Origin: an uncultured Anaerolineales bacterium
GTDB taxonomy: Bacteria > Chloroflexota > Anaerolineae > Epilineales > JAANWY01
Assembly: GCA_964532665.1 (NCBI GenBank)
Contig: CAZHMV010000002.1
Span: 84,679-148,678, forward strand
Direction of reading: 5' to 3'
Length of the DNA: 64,000 nucleotides
Shown here: positions 19,349 through 28,586 of the stretch, in pieces
How positions within the stretch are numbered: position 1 is the stretch's first letter
How the letters are laid out: every line of letters starts with the position of its first letter
Translations under genes and position numbers: made by a program
Notes under the pieces: generated by a model
Told to the model about the DNA's origin: nothing
The model's database searches: none
What the model saw: only the letters and a program-made list of their open reading frames with translations

Positions 19349-19403
19349 TGCGTCTTACGTCTTACGTCTTACGCAGTACGCAAGACGTAAGACGCAAGAC
19401 GCA
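19349..19403. repeat. Tandem 7-mer inverted hairpin (CGTCTTA / (T/C)AAGACG)
   Basis: Fills most of the lysY-lysZ spacer. Confidence 0.8.
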
Positions 19404-19420
19404 ATGGAGGAAATAGGGAC

Positions 19421-20236
19421 ATGATCGTTGTGAAGGTTGGCGGCAGCGCAGGCATCAATCTCGACGCTGTGTGCGCTGATGTCGCATCTCTCGTGCAGGC
19501 GGGTCAGCGACTCATCCTGGTCCACGGCGGGTCACACCAGACGAATGAGGTGGCCGAGAAGTTGGGGCATCCACCCCGGTTTGTGACGTCGCCGTCGGGC
19601 TACACCAGCCGGCGCACCGACCGGCGCACCCTGGAGATTTTCGAGATGGTCTACTGCGGCCAGATCAACAAGGGTGTCGTCGAGCGGCTGCAGCAGCACG
19701 GTGTGAACGCCGTCGGGCTGTCGGGCATCGACGGGCGCATCTGGGAGGGCCGGCGCAAGAAGGCAATCCGCATCGTGGAAAACGGCAAGACGTTGATCGT
19801 GCGCGATGACTACACGGGGGTCGTCGAGCGAGTCAACACTGGATTGCTCCAGACCCTGCTCGATGCCGGCTACCTGCCGGTGCTGACGCCGCCGGCCATC
19901 AGCTTCGAGGGCGAGGCCATCAACGTGGACGGCGACCGCGCCGCTGGCGCCACCGCCATCGCATTCGGGGCCGAGGCTTTGCTTCTGCTTTCCAACGTAC
20001 CAGGCCTGCTGCGCAACTTCCCCGACGAGAGCAGCCTGATTCGCCACATCTCCGGCGACGAGATCGAAGCTGCGGCCAAACACGCCGAAGGCCGCATGCG
20101 CATGAAACTCCTGGGCGCCCGCGAAGCGCTGGCCGGCGGCGTGGGGCGGGTGATCCTGGGGGATGCGCGGGTGGAGCAGCCGGTGAGACGGGCGTTGGCG
20201 GGGGAGGGAACAGTTATTGGAACTCAGGGGAACTGA
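19421..20236 (+). CDS. lysZ: LysW-aminoadipate kinase (ArgB family)
   Basis: IVVKVGGS, LVHGGS, INVDGDRAA, GRMRMKL. Confidence 0.93.
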   Translation: MIVVKVGGSAGINLDAVCADVASLVQAGQRLILVHGGSHQTNEVAEKLGHPPRFVTSPSGYTSRRTDRRTLEIFEMVYCGQINKGVVERLQQHGVNAVGLSGIDGRIWEGRRKKAIRIVENGKTLIVRDDYTGVVERVNTGLLQTLLDAGYLPVLTPPAISFEGEAINVDGDRAAGATAIAFGAEALLLLSNVPGLLRNFPDESSLIRHISGDEIEAAAKHAEGRMRMKLLGAREALAGGVGRVILGDARVEQPVRRALAGEGTVIGTQGN

Positions 20237-20317
20237 GAGGAACTCAAGGGAACTTGGCCAACAATGACTGTGGGCTTCTCTCAAGTTCTGCTGAGTTCCC
20301 CCGAGTTCCTCTGAGTT
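20218..20317. repeat. GGAACTC-family tandem ~10-mer inverted hairpin
   Basis: ggaactcaggggaactgagaggaactcaagggaact ... gagttccccgagttcctctgagtt. Overlaps the lysZ stop. Confidence 0.75.
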
Positions 20318-20337
20318 GCCCTTTTTCGGGATCTGCA

Positions 20338-21507
20338 ATGAAACCAAACATGGACGTGATCGAATTGGAACGGCAGTTTACCAGCGGTGTGTATCCCAAA
20401 CGGGACGTCGCCATCGTGCGGGGTGAGGGTACGCGGGTTTGGGACGCTGAGGGACAGGAGTATATCGACTGTGTGGGCGGGCATGGGGTTGCGAATCTCG
20501 GGCACTGCCATCCGAAGGTTGTCGAGGCCATCGCGCAGCAGGCGCGGACGCTGATCACATGCCCCGAGGTGTTCTACAACGACCGGCGGGCGGAGCTGCT
20601 GAGCCGGCTGTCGGCCCGCCTGCCCGACGGCTTGAACCGCATTTTCCTGTGCAACTCGGGTGCTGAGGCCGTCGAGGGGGCCATCAAGTTTGCGCGTCTG
20701 AGCACGGGCCGGCCCGGCATCGTCGCCACCATGCGCGGCTTTCACGGTCGCACTCTGGGCGCCCTGTCGGCAACGTGGGAGCGCAAGTATCGGGAGCCGT
20801 TCGAGCCGTTGGTGCCGGCCTTCTCTCACGTTCCGTTTAACAACCTGGACCGGATGGCGCAAGCTGTGAGCGACGACACAGCAGCGGTCCTGGTCGAAAT
20901 CGTCCAGGGCGAGGGGGGGGTGCGACCCGGGTCAGCAGAGTACTTCCAGGGGCTGCGGAAGTTGTGCGACGAACGGGGCGTGTTGCTCATCGTCGATGAG
21001 GTGCAGACCGGCTTCGGGCGAACCGGTCGCTGGTTTGCGGTAGAGCATGCCGGCATCATCCCCGACCTGATCTGTCTGGGCAAGGCAATTGCCGGCGGAG
21101 TGCCCATGGGGGCCGTGGCCATCGGGCCGGCGGTGGCCGAGCTGCCGGCCGGAACCCACGGTTCGACCTTCGGTGGCAATCCGCTGGCCTGCGCTGCCGC
21201 CGTCGCCGCCCTGGAAGCCTACGCGCGCGAAAGCCTGATCCAGCGCTCGGCCGAGATGGGGAGGTATCTGCTCGACCGGCTGCAGACCATCGAGTCGCCG
21301 TTGATCCGTGAGGTGCGGGGCCTGGGGCTGATGGTCGGCATCGAGCTCAAGACGCGAGTGACGCCGGTGCTGCAAGGCTTGATGGAGCGGGGGGTGCTGG
21401 CGCTGCCGGCGGGTCCAACGGTGCTGCGGCTGTTGCCGCCGCTGGTGATCAGCCGTGAGGAGATCGAGACGGTGATTCGCGCTATTGATGCCACCCTGCG
21501 TCAGTGA
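20338..21507 (+). CDS. lysJ: LysW-aminoadipate semialdehyde aminotransferase (class III PLP)
   Basis: CNSGAEAVEGAIK, GFHGRT, DEVQTGFGRTG, GKAIAGG, HGSTFGGNP. Start at ATG 20338 or 20350. Confidence 0.92.
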   Translation: MKPNMDVIELERQFTSGVYPKRDVAIVRGEGTRVWDAEGQEYIDCVGGHGVANLGHCHPKVVEAIAQQARTLITCPEVFYNDRRAELLSRLSARLPDGLNRIFLCNSGAEAVEGAIKFARLSTGRPGIVATMRGFHGRTLGALSATWERKYREPFEPLVPAFSHVPFNNLDRMAQAVSDDTAAVLVEIVQGEGGVRPGSAEYFQGLRKLCDERGVLLIVDEVQTGFGRTGRWFAVEHAGIIPDLICLGKAIAGGVPMGAVAIGPAVAELPAGTHGSTFGGNPLACAAAVAALEAYARESLIQRSAEMGRYLLDRLQTIESPLIREVRGLGLMVGIELKTRVTPVLQGLMERGVLALPAGPTVLRLLPPLVISREEIETVIRAIDATLRQ

Positions 21508-21594
21508 TCAGTGATCAGTAATCAGTATTCAGATTCTCATTACTGACCACTGATCACTGTTTACTGTTGACTGATCACTGATCACTGATCACTG
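21501..21594. repeat. Tandem 7-mer inverted hairpin (TCAGTGA / TCACTGA)
   Basis: Fills the lysJ-lysK spacer. The first units supply the lysJ stop codon. Confidence 0.8.
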
Positions 21595-21615
21595 AGACTT
21601 AGAACTGAGGACCAA

Positions 21616-22674
21616 ATGGATGCCGTTGAGCTTCTGCGACGGATGTTGGAAATCGAGAGCCTGTCGGGCCAGGAGGGCGAGTTGGCCGAGTTCCTTGTGG
21701 AGCGGATGGCCGGCTGGGGGTTTGATGCGCGCGTGGACGAGGCTGGCAATGCTGTCGGCGTGGTGGGCGATGGCCCCAACGAGATTGTGCTGCTGGGCCA
21801 TATCGACACGGTGCCGGGGCGGATTCCGGTTCGGATCGAGGGTGAGCGACTGTACGGACGGGGAGCGGTGGATGCGAAGGGACCGATGGCGGCCTTCGTT
21901 GTCGCAACCGCGCAAGCCGGCCCGCTGCCGGGCACGCGGGTCATCGTTGTTGGCGCCACCGAAGAGGAGGCGGCTACCTCGAAGGGGGCGCGCTTCGCCG
22001 TTGAGCGATATCGGCCTGCGTTCTGCGTCATCGGCGAGCCCAGCGGCTGGGATAGCATCACGCTGGGCTACAAGGGCCGGCTGCTTATCAACTACCGGCT
22101 GGAACGCTCCATGGGCCACACCGCCGGCCCCGAGGGGGGCGTGGCCGAGGAGGCGGTGGCCTGGTGGCAGGCGCTCAAGGCCAGGGCCGAAGCCTTCAAT
22201 GCTGAGCACAACAGCGCCTTCAGCCAACTGTTGCCATCCCTGCGAAACATTGTCACCCACAGCGATGGGCTGACCAATTCAGTTGAAGCCACTGTCGGGA
22301 TTCGGCTGCCACTCGACTATGACGCCAGCGCACTGGAGCGCGCTGCTCGTGAGCTGGCCGGCGACGCCCGGGTCCGCTGCTACAGCTACGAGCCGGCCTT
22401 TCGCGCCTCGAAGAACACGCCGCTGGTGCGCGCCTTTCTGCGAGCCATCCGCGCCGAAGGTGGCCGGCCCACATTCAAGTTGAAGACCGGTACGTCGGAC
22501 ATGAACGTCGTCGGACCGGTGTGGAACTGCCCCATCGTCGCCTACGGTCCGGGCGATTCCAGCCTGGACCACACGCCGAATGAGTACATTGAGATTGCGG
22601 AGTACCTGCGGGGGATTGAGGTACTTCAGCGAGCGTTGGATTTGTTGGTCGAACAGGAACTCGGAGGAACATAG
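21616..22674 (+). CDS. lysK: LysW-lysine hydrolase (M20 family)
   Basis: LLGHIDTVPG, GRGAVDAKG, ATEEE, GTSDMN, YGPGDSSLDHTPNE. Confidence 0.93.
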   Translation: MDAVELLRRMLEIESLSGQEGELAEFLVERMAGWGFDARVDEAGNAVGVVGDGPNEIVLLGHIDTVPGRIPVRIEGERLYGRGAVDAKGPMAAFVVATAQAGPLPGTRVIVVGATEEEAATSKGARFAVERYRPAFCVIGEPSGWDSITLGYKGRLLINYRLERSMGHTAGPEGGVAEEAVAWWQALKARAEAFNAEHNSAFSQLLPSLRNIVTHSDGLTNSVEATVGIRLPLDYDASALERAARELAGDARVRCYSYEPAFRASKNTPLVRAFLRAIRAEGGRPTFKLKTGTSDMNVVGPVWNCPIVAYGPGDSSLDHTPNEYIEIAEYLRGIEVLQRALDLLVEQELGGT

Positions 22675-22738
22675 GGGAACTCAGGGAAGCCAGGGGATCT
22701 TGAGTTCCCCCGAGTTCCCCTGAAATCCTCCGAGTTCC
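22655..22738. repeat. GGAACTC-family inverted hairpin
   Basis: ggaactcggaggaacataggggaactcaggg ... gagttcccccgagttcccc. Overlaps the lysK end. Confidence 0.7.
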
Positions 22739-22773
22739 CGCTGCGCAAGTTCTCCCATGTAAAGGAGCTAACC

Positions 22774-23922
22774 ATGAGTCTAGAGAACTTCTCAATCATC
22801 GAGTCTACCCTGCGCGAGGGTGAGCAATTCGTAAATGCTTTCTTCACGACGGAGCAGAAGATCCAGATTGCCCGGTTGCTGGACGAGTTCGGGGTCGAGT
22901 ATCTGGAGCTGACATCGCCGCTGGCGTCGCCCCAGAGTCGGGAGGACTGCACGACCATCGCCGGCCTGGGTCTGCGCGCCAGGATTCTCACCCACACGCG
23001 GTGTCACCTGAAGGATGCCCAGATCGCCGTCGAGACCGGCGTGGATGGCGTGGATGTGGTCATCGGTACCTCATCATACCTGCGGGAATTCAGCCACGGC
23101 AAGAGCATTGACCAGATCGTCGATCTGGCGCGCGACGTGGTGGCATACCTCCAGGAACAGGGCGTCATCGTGCGCTTCAGCACCGAGGACAGCCTGCGCA
23201 GCAATCCCGAGGACCTTTTCCGCGTCTACGAGGCAGTGGACGAACTGGGCGTGGATCGGGTGGGGGTTGCCGACACAGTGGGCGTCGGCACGCCGCGCCA
23301 GATCTACGCTCTGGTGAGCGAGCTGAGGCAGCGGGTGAAGTGCGACATCGAGTTCCACGGGCACAACGACTCCGGCTGTGCCATCGCCAACAGTTATGCC
23401 GCACTGGAGGCCGGCGCGACTCACATCGACACCAGCGTGCTCGGCATCGGCGAGCGAAATGGCATCACGCCGCTGGGGGGCCTGGTCGCCCGGCTCTTTG
23501 CCACCGACCCGAAGCTGGTGGAGAAGTACAACCTGCCCGTCATCCGCGATCTCGACCGGCTGGTGGCCGATTTGGTTGACGTAGACATCCCGTTCAACAA
23601 CTACATCACGGGGTTTTCGGCTTTCACGCACAAGGCCGGCATCCACGCCAAAGCCGTCCTGAACCACCCCTCGACCTACGAGATTCTAAAGCCCGAGGCC
23701 TTCGGGCTGACACGCTACATCCACATCGCCCACCGGCTAACCGGCTGGAACGCTGTTCGCCACCGCGCTGAGCAGCTCGGTCTGGAGCTGGACGACGATC
23801 AGGTGAAGCATCTGACGGCTCACATTAAAGCCCTGGCCGACGAGCGCGCATTGACCCTGGACGACGTGGATGCGCTGCTCCACCACTGGGCAGATGGCAA
23901 AGCAGAAGAGCAAGGGACCTGA
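22774..23922 (+). CDS. hcs: Homocitrate synthase
   Basis: [41 protein letters not shown] (DRE-TIM fold, Thermus/fungal HCS-like). Confidence 0.92.
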   Translation: MSLENFSIIESTLREGEQFVNAFFTTEQKIQIARLLDEFGVEYLELTSPLASPQSREDCTTIAGLGLRARILTHTRCHLKDAQIAVETGVDGVDVVIGTSSYLREFSHGKSIDQIVDLARDVVAYLQEQGVIVRFSTEDSLRSNPEDLFRVYEAVDELGVDRVGVADTVGVGTPRQIYALVSELRQRVKCDIEFHGHNDSGCAIANSYAALEAGATHIDTSVLGIGERNGITPLGGLVARLFATDPKLVEKYNLPVIRDLDRLVADLVDVDIPFNNYITGFSAFTHKAGIHAKAVLNHPSTYEILKPEAFGLTRYIHIAHRLTGWNAVRHRAEQLGLELDDDQVKHLTAHIKALADERALTLDDVDALLHHWADGKAEEQGT

Positions 23923-23933
23923 GGTGCAAGGGG

Positions 23934-24380
23934 CTAGCTGAGCCCTTCTTCGATCAATGTCCGGACAGCCTGCACGAACTCGGCCGGTGTCTCGATTCTC
24001 AGTCCACTCTCCTCTGCTACTTGAACTGGCTTGATGAAGTCTTTGACATCCAGGGTCAGAAAACGGTCGGGGGCGGCTGTCACTGCTGCTGCAAGGATGG
24101 GGGCGTCCTTGGGATCGATCACAGATTCCCAGTGAACGACCTCCTCGCTGCTCGGATCGGGGACAATCTCGGGACCAATGGCTGCCATTAACTCTGCGAA
24201 GACGGGGAGAGCTGCCGGCAATTTCTTGCGCAAGTTGCGCTCAGTTTCGTCAAGGACCTGTCGGGAGACAACCAGCCGGTACAAACCAATCTCGGCCATG
24301 GTCAGCACGGCGCGACTGGCACCGGTGCGTGAGCCTGCACCGGCTACTAGAACGGTGGCGTCAGCGAAGACCCTGGTCAC
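23934..24380 (-). CDS. PIN-domain putative toxin (VapC-like)
   Basis: RVFADATVL, ETERNL, DPKDAPILAAA, LTLDVKDF acidic PIN residues. Confidence 0.85.
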   Translation of the reverse strand: MTRVFADATVLVAGAGSRTGASRAVLTMAEIGLYRLVVSRQVLDETERNLRKKLPAALPVFAELMAAIGPEIVPDPSSEEVVHWESVIDPKDAPILAAAVTAAPDRFLTLDVKDFIKPVQVAEESGLRIETPAEFVQAVRTLIEEGLS

Positions 24381-24699
24381 GGGTTGTCTTCTCCTGACGG
24401 GCCCACCGTTCCTGATAAATTGCCGCTCGTTCTTCCTTCAACCCAATCAGCAAGTCAGCCAGAGTTACGCCTTCCGCTTCCATCAACTCCACAATCCGAT
24501 CTGCCAGCAGAGGTACAACGGGCCGTTTCGGGGTAAGCAGCAGGGTCGAACCCACCTGGACAAGCGCTAGCGTATCGCCATCCCTCATATTCAATTGCTT
24601 GCGCACTTCTTGTGGCACCGTGATCTGGCCTCGCTGCCGCAGACGGACGTCATACGTTTTCAGAGAGGTAACTTCGCCCGACACTTGCGCAGTAGTCAT
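24361..24699 (-). CDS. AbrB/MazE-type antitoxin
   Basis: VRLRQRGQITVPQEVRKQLNMRDGD swapped-hairpin motif. Overlaps the PIN gene start. Confidence 0.85.
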   Translation of the reverse strand: MTTAQVSGEVTSLKTYDVRLRQRGQITVPQEVRKQLNMRDGDTLALVQVGSTLLLTPKRPVVPLLADRIVELMEAEGVTLADLLIGLKEERAAIYQERWARQEKTTRDQGLR

Positions 24700-24713
24700 T
24701 TCGGCTCCTTCTG

Positions 24714-24771
24714 ACTATCATACTTTCAGATTATCTGATAGTAGTATACCACTCTACAGGGCCACCGTCAA
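24714..24771 (-). promoter_or_regulatory. TA promoter (TTGACG-17-TATACT) with downstream inverted repeats (candidate operator)
   Basis: Forward strand agtatacc...ccgtcaa. IRs actatca/tgatagt and tcaga/tctga lie between the promoter and the start codon. Confidence 0.55.
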
Positions 24772-24788
24772 GCAGTGAAAGGTACTGG

Positions 24789-25706
24789 TCACAGGATCCG
24801 CTGGCCGAAGAGGGACGCGGCGAGTTCCACGCCCAACCGGGCGGTGCGGTTGCGGTCGTCGAGGATGGTGTTGACTTCCACGATGTCCAGGGAGGCGACT
24901 TTGCCGGAATCGGCCAGGATTTCCATGAGCAGGTGCGCCTCGCGGTAGGTCAGGCCGCCGGCCACCGGCGTGCCCACACCCGGTGCCTCGTCCGGGTCCA
25001 GGGCGTCCATGTCCAGGCTCACATGTAGCCTGGCGAGGTGGTTGAGGTGGTCAAGCGCGTGGCGCGTGGCCGCACCCATCCCCATCTCATCGATCTCGTG
25101 CATGGTCACGACGTGGATGCCGGCATCGCGCAACGCAATCCGTTCTTCGGGGTCCAGGTCGCGCACCCCGATAAGCACGACATCGGAGGCTTTGAGTCTG
25201 GGGCCGGCCTGCCCGATGTCGGTGAGCGTCGTCGGCCCGCGTCCCAGCAACGCCGCCAGGGCCATGCCGTGCACATTGCCGGAGGGCGTCGTTTCGGGCG
25301 TGTTGAAGTCGGCGTGGGCGTCCACCCACACCACCCCCACATCCCCGCCGTATGCAGCCATGGCCGACACCGTGCCGATGCTGATGGAGTGGTCGCCGCC
25401 CAGGAAGATCGGGGCTTCGTCCTGCTGGAGGCAGGTAAGGGCATGGTCGTAGACATCCTGGCACACGCCGGCGATGCTGTGCAGGTACCGCGCTTTAACG
25501 GGCACCGGCTCATTGGGTGGCTCACTCTCCGGCTGTGGGACAGCAAGATTGCCCCCGTCGATGACCGTGTGGCCGAGGGCACGCAGGCGGTCGCCCAGGC
25601 CGGCGTAGCGCAGCGCACTCGGTCCCATGTCCACGCCACGCCGCTGCTGCCCCAGGTCCATGGGGACGCCGATGATGCGAATCGTGCGCTCAGGAGAAGA
25701 AGTCAT
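24789..25706 (-). CDS. rocF: Arginase
   Basis: [41 protein letters not shown]. Confidence 0.93.
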   Translation of the reverse strand: MTSSPERTIRIIGVPMDLGQQRRGVDMGPSALRYAGLGDRLRALGHTVIDGGNLAVPQPESEPPNEPVPVKARYLHSIAGVCQDVYDHALTCLQQDEAPIFLGGDHSISIGTVSAMAAYGGDVGVVWVDAHADFNTPETTPSGNVHGMALAALLGRGPTTLTDIGQAGPRLKASDVVLIGVRDLDPEERIALRDAGIHVVTMHEIDEMGMGAATRHALDHLNHLARLHVSLDMDALDPDEAPGVGTPVAGGLTYREAHLLMEILADSGKVASLDIVEVNTILDDRNRTARLGVELAASLFGQRIL

Positions 25707-25734
25707 CAGGCACCTGCAAGTCCGTTGTTTCGAG

Positions 25735-26001
25735 TTATTCAGCCTGTGTAGGCTGCACGCCTGTGGCCTCCTGAAACAGGCGGTGGATTTCTCCCGGTTC
25801 GGCGTGCCGGCCTGTGGCCTTCTTGCTGTAGATCAACTGGTCGTCCACCTTCACCTCGAACCGCCCTCCACCCGAGGGGATCAGGGTCAGGGACTTTATC
25901 ACGGGCGCGAAGTCTGCCAGTAGCTCTTCCGTCAAACTGACGGCGCGTGGCCGGTAGTTTCACACCTCGCAGTATTCGATGCTGATTTCGTACTGATGCA
26001 T
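25735..26001 (-). CDS. SelW/Rdx-family selenoprotein (CxxU)
   Basis: From ATG 26001 (SD aaggag): [16 protein letters not shown](25962-25960)[14 protein letters not shown]...[21 protein letters not shown]-like hairpin CCGTCA-GTT-TGACGG downstream. Confidence 0.92.
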
Positions 26002-26042
26002 GGGTAGTCTCCTTCAACACGTTGTCACACCCGGCAGGGGAG

Positions 26043-26071
26043 CAATTGTACCACAGGGCAGGCCGGCCATC
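26043..26071 (-). promoter_or_regulatory. Sigma70-like promoter for the selW-like/arginase genes (TTGATG-17-TACAAT)
   Basis: 17-nt spacing with an extended -10 TG. Confidence 0.5.
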
Positions 26072-26123
26072 AAAACAACTGGAATACCCGGAGCGATTCC
26101 CTCTGGTGTTCCGCAGCTAGCAC

Positions 26124-27515
26124 TCAGTTGGTCAGAACCAGGTCCTGGGGACTAATCAGCATCACGCCCTGGCGGCCAGCAACCTCCTGCAAAGCTTCCG
26201 TGAATCCAGCACGGGAGAACAGCGCATAGTGGACCCGATCCCAGGGCCCCTCACGCTGCAAGAGCTGTGCTTTCGCCCGCAACCTCTCCAGGATGTTTAC
26301 GCCCACAGGCTTGGTGCGCCATTTGCACTCGCCGACCAGCACAGCCTGCTCCTCGTCGCTAATGGCGACCACGTCAATCTCCCCCTTCGGGCTCCACCAG
26401 GCACCAACCCGCTCCGGCGTGAAAGGTAACCCCAACCGCCAGACGTGCCGGCGGCAAATTTCCTCAAAAGTGTCAGCCGCAAACTCACCCAGCCGGGGCA
26501 CAACCTGCTGCTCCAGTACCTGATCCGTCCTTCCTTCTTCAAGGGCGCTTCGATGAGGGTAGACGAAACGGAACCAGAAACGGAAGAAGGGATCGCTGAT
26601 GCGGTAGATGCCCTTCCGGCTTTTGTGGGGGTGGCGCTGCGTGGCCGGCACCCTCCGCTCTACAAGCCGCAGATCCATCAACATCTTGACATACGGCATG
26701 GCGGCCGGTCCACCCCCCAGGCCGGCAGCCTGCGCAATCTCGTTCGGACGGGTGTTTCCTCGCGCCATGGCTTCCAGTATGGCGAAGTAGGAGCGGGGCT
26801 CCCGTACCTCTTGCAGCAGCAGGAAACGGGGCTCGTCGTACAGGTAGGTCTGGGAAGTCAGGATCCGGTCCCTGATATTATCCAGCAGGGAGTACTGATC
26901 GTCGAACTGGCGCAGGTACGCCGGCGTCCCGCCCAACACTGCGTAAGCGTTGACCAGGTCATCCGGACTGTAGCGAGGGAAGAAAAGGGCAGCTTCGGGA
27001 AAATCCAGTGGCGTGAGCAAGTATTGGGCCGTTCGCCGGCCATACAGCGGAGCACGGTAAGCCAGCACTTCTCGTTCCATCAGGCTCACATACGAGCCAC
27101 AGAGAACCAGAACGATACGGGTATCTTTGAGGCGTGTATCCCACAGCCGTTGCAGGATGGAGGGGAAGGCCGGGTTGGCCTGCGCCAGGTAGCCGAACTC
27201 GTCCAGCACGACCACCAGCCGTTCGGCCTGGGCTGCGCCGGCCAGGTACTCAAAAGCGGCATCCCAGGTAGGGAAGGCCAGCGGGACACCGGCCCCCAGC
27301 AGGTGCTCCCCGATGACCCGCGAGAAAGCCGCCAGCAGCAGCGCCTCGGACCCCAGGTCAGCCACAAAGAAGACGTGCCGCTTCTCCTGGCAGAAAGCCC
27401 GCAGCAGTTCTGTCTTTCCCACCCGACGCCGACCATAGAGGACAAACAACTCCGCCTGGTCCGAGTTGTACCGTTTCTCCAACATAGCCAACTCCCGTTC
27501 GCGATCGATGAACAT
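26124..27515 (-). CDS. Archaeal-type AAA ATPase (ATPase_2) with DUF234-like and C-terminal nuclease-like domain
   Basis: MFIDRERELAML, YGRRRVGKT, LDEFGY, LCGS, DPFFRFWFRF, GEIDVVA...GECKW. Confidence 0.85.
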   Translation of the reverse strand: MFIDRERELAMLEKRYNSDQAELFVLYGRRRVGKTELLRAFCQEKRHVFFVADLGSEALLLAAFSRVIGEHLLGAGVPLAFPTWDAAFEYLAGAAQAERLVVVLDEFGYLAQANPAFPSILQRLWDTRLKDTRIVLVLCGSYVSLMEREVLAYRAPLYGRRTAQYLLTPLDFPEAALFFPRYSPDDLVNAYAVLGGTPAYLRQFDDQYSLLDNIRDRILTSQTYLYDEPRFLLLQEVREPRSYFAILEAMARGNTRPNEIAQAAGLGGGPAAMPYVKMLMDLRLVERRVPATQRHPHKSRKGIYRISDPFFRFWFRFVYPHRSALEEGRTDQVLEQQVVPRLGEFAADTFEEICRRHVWRLGLPFTPERVGAWWSPKGEIDVVAISDEEQAVLVGECKWRTKPVGVNILERLRAKAQLLQREGPWDRVHYALFSRAGFTEALQEVAGRQGVMLISPQDLVLTN

Positions 27516-27684
27516 GTAGCCCTCCTCACGCCTCGCCTGTTTATTGAAGCCAGCTTAATTTAATCTTGCTTATTTTACATCAGATCAGAGCGAAGGGCAA
27601 ATCCTGAGCCCGACCGGCCGCTCTCCGTCGTGGATATGGATGTGTTGTGACCGGCGTTGCAGTCCATCTCAATCCGGCGTATAA

Positions 27685-27843
27685 TTGGAGTCAACTGGTA
27701 TCGCAAAGTTCTGGCTGGAGCCGATTGTTGCCCTGGCCAGGTTCCACAATTTGAAAACCAAGGATCTGCGCAAGATTGAGGCAATCGTCAAGGAGCACGA
27801 GGATGATTTCAGAGATGCCTGGCGCCGCCATTTCTTACAGTGA
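27685..27843 (+). pseudogene. 5'-truncated DUF4160-family gene
   Basis: AKFWLEPIVALARFHNLKTKDLRKIEAIVKEHEDDFRDAWRRHF matches the C-terminal half. An in-frame TAA lies just upstream and the N-terminal HxH motif is absent. Confidence 0.65.
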
Positions 27844-28063
27844 AGTGACAAACATTGGAGCGACCGGTTTTTGGCTGTTGGTTGATGACAAGGAATATTT
27901 CGTTCCTTTTGACGACTACCCGGTTTTCTGGGATGCAACGGTAGCTCAAATCTACGCAGTTCAGCGTCTGGGTCCCACGCAGTTTCACTGGCCGGAGTTG
28001 GACGCCGATATCGAATTGGAGGCCCTGGAATATCCGGAGCGATTTCCCCTGGTGTTCCGGTGA
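27815..28063 (+). CDS. DUF2442-family protein
   Basis: GFWLLVDDKEYFVPFDDYP.F...FHWPELDADIELE. Usual partner of DUF4160. Confidence 0.75.
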   Translation: MPGAAISYSEVTNIGATGFWLLVDDKEYFVPFDDYPVFWDATVAQIYAVQRLGPTQFHWPELDADIELEALEYPERFPLVFR

Positions 28064-28133
28064 GCGTTCAGGAGAGTAGGGCATTGCGCATCGCAACTTT
28101 CGGGAGCGTGGCCGAGTAGTTAGTAGTTATCCA

Positions 28134-28586
28134 ATGGACACTTTGCACGCTGAAGGCAGCATACTCGTCAATCACTCCGCCGGCGACGTCTTTGAGTTTC
28201 TCTGCAATCCGCACGTCGATCCGGCCGAGCTGACGCCGTTTGAAGATCGGGTAACGGAGCGCAGCGAGACGCCCGGCGTCGGCGCCGTGCTCCGGACAAC
28301 GGTAGAACTCGCGGCACGTGAACTGGATTGCCTGGCGCGATGCGTCGAGTTCGAGCCTCCACACCGGCTGGCCATGCGTTTGGAAGGTGATCTGGAAGGA
28401 ACGCAGACCTGGTGCCTGTCGCCGGAAGGGACGGGCACCGTCGTTCAACTGGACATCCGTATCGCCGCGCCGGAGTGGCTGCCGGCCTACCTGCGGGATG
28501 AGACGGCGGCGTCCCGCTGGACACAGATGTTGGTTGACCAGACGCTGGAAAACGTCAAGACAGCCCTGGAGCCAGCCGACGAATGA
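28134..28586 (+). CDS. SRPBCC/polyketide cyclase-like protein
   Basis: EGSILVNHSAGDVFEFL...VEFEPPHRL...LENVKTALE pattern. Confidence 0.75.
   Translation: MDTLHAEGSILVNHSAGDVFEFLCNPHVDPAELTPFEDRVTERSETPGVGAVLRTTVELAARELDCLARCVEFEPPHRLAMRLEGDLEGTQTWCLSPEGTGTVVQLDIRIAAPEWLPAYLRDETAASRWTQMLVDQTLENVKTALEPADE

Noticed and set aside
24789-25706. Functional link between arginase and the LysW operon (ornithine/arginine branch)
   Set aside because: It is on the opposite strand, separated by a TA pair, and the LysX signature appears lysine-type. Proximity alone is not evidence.
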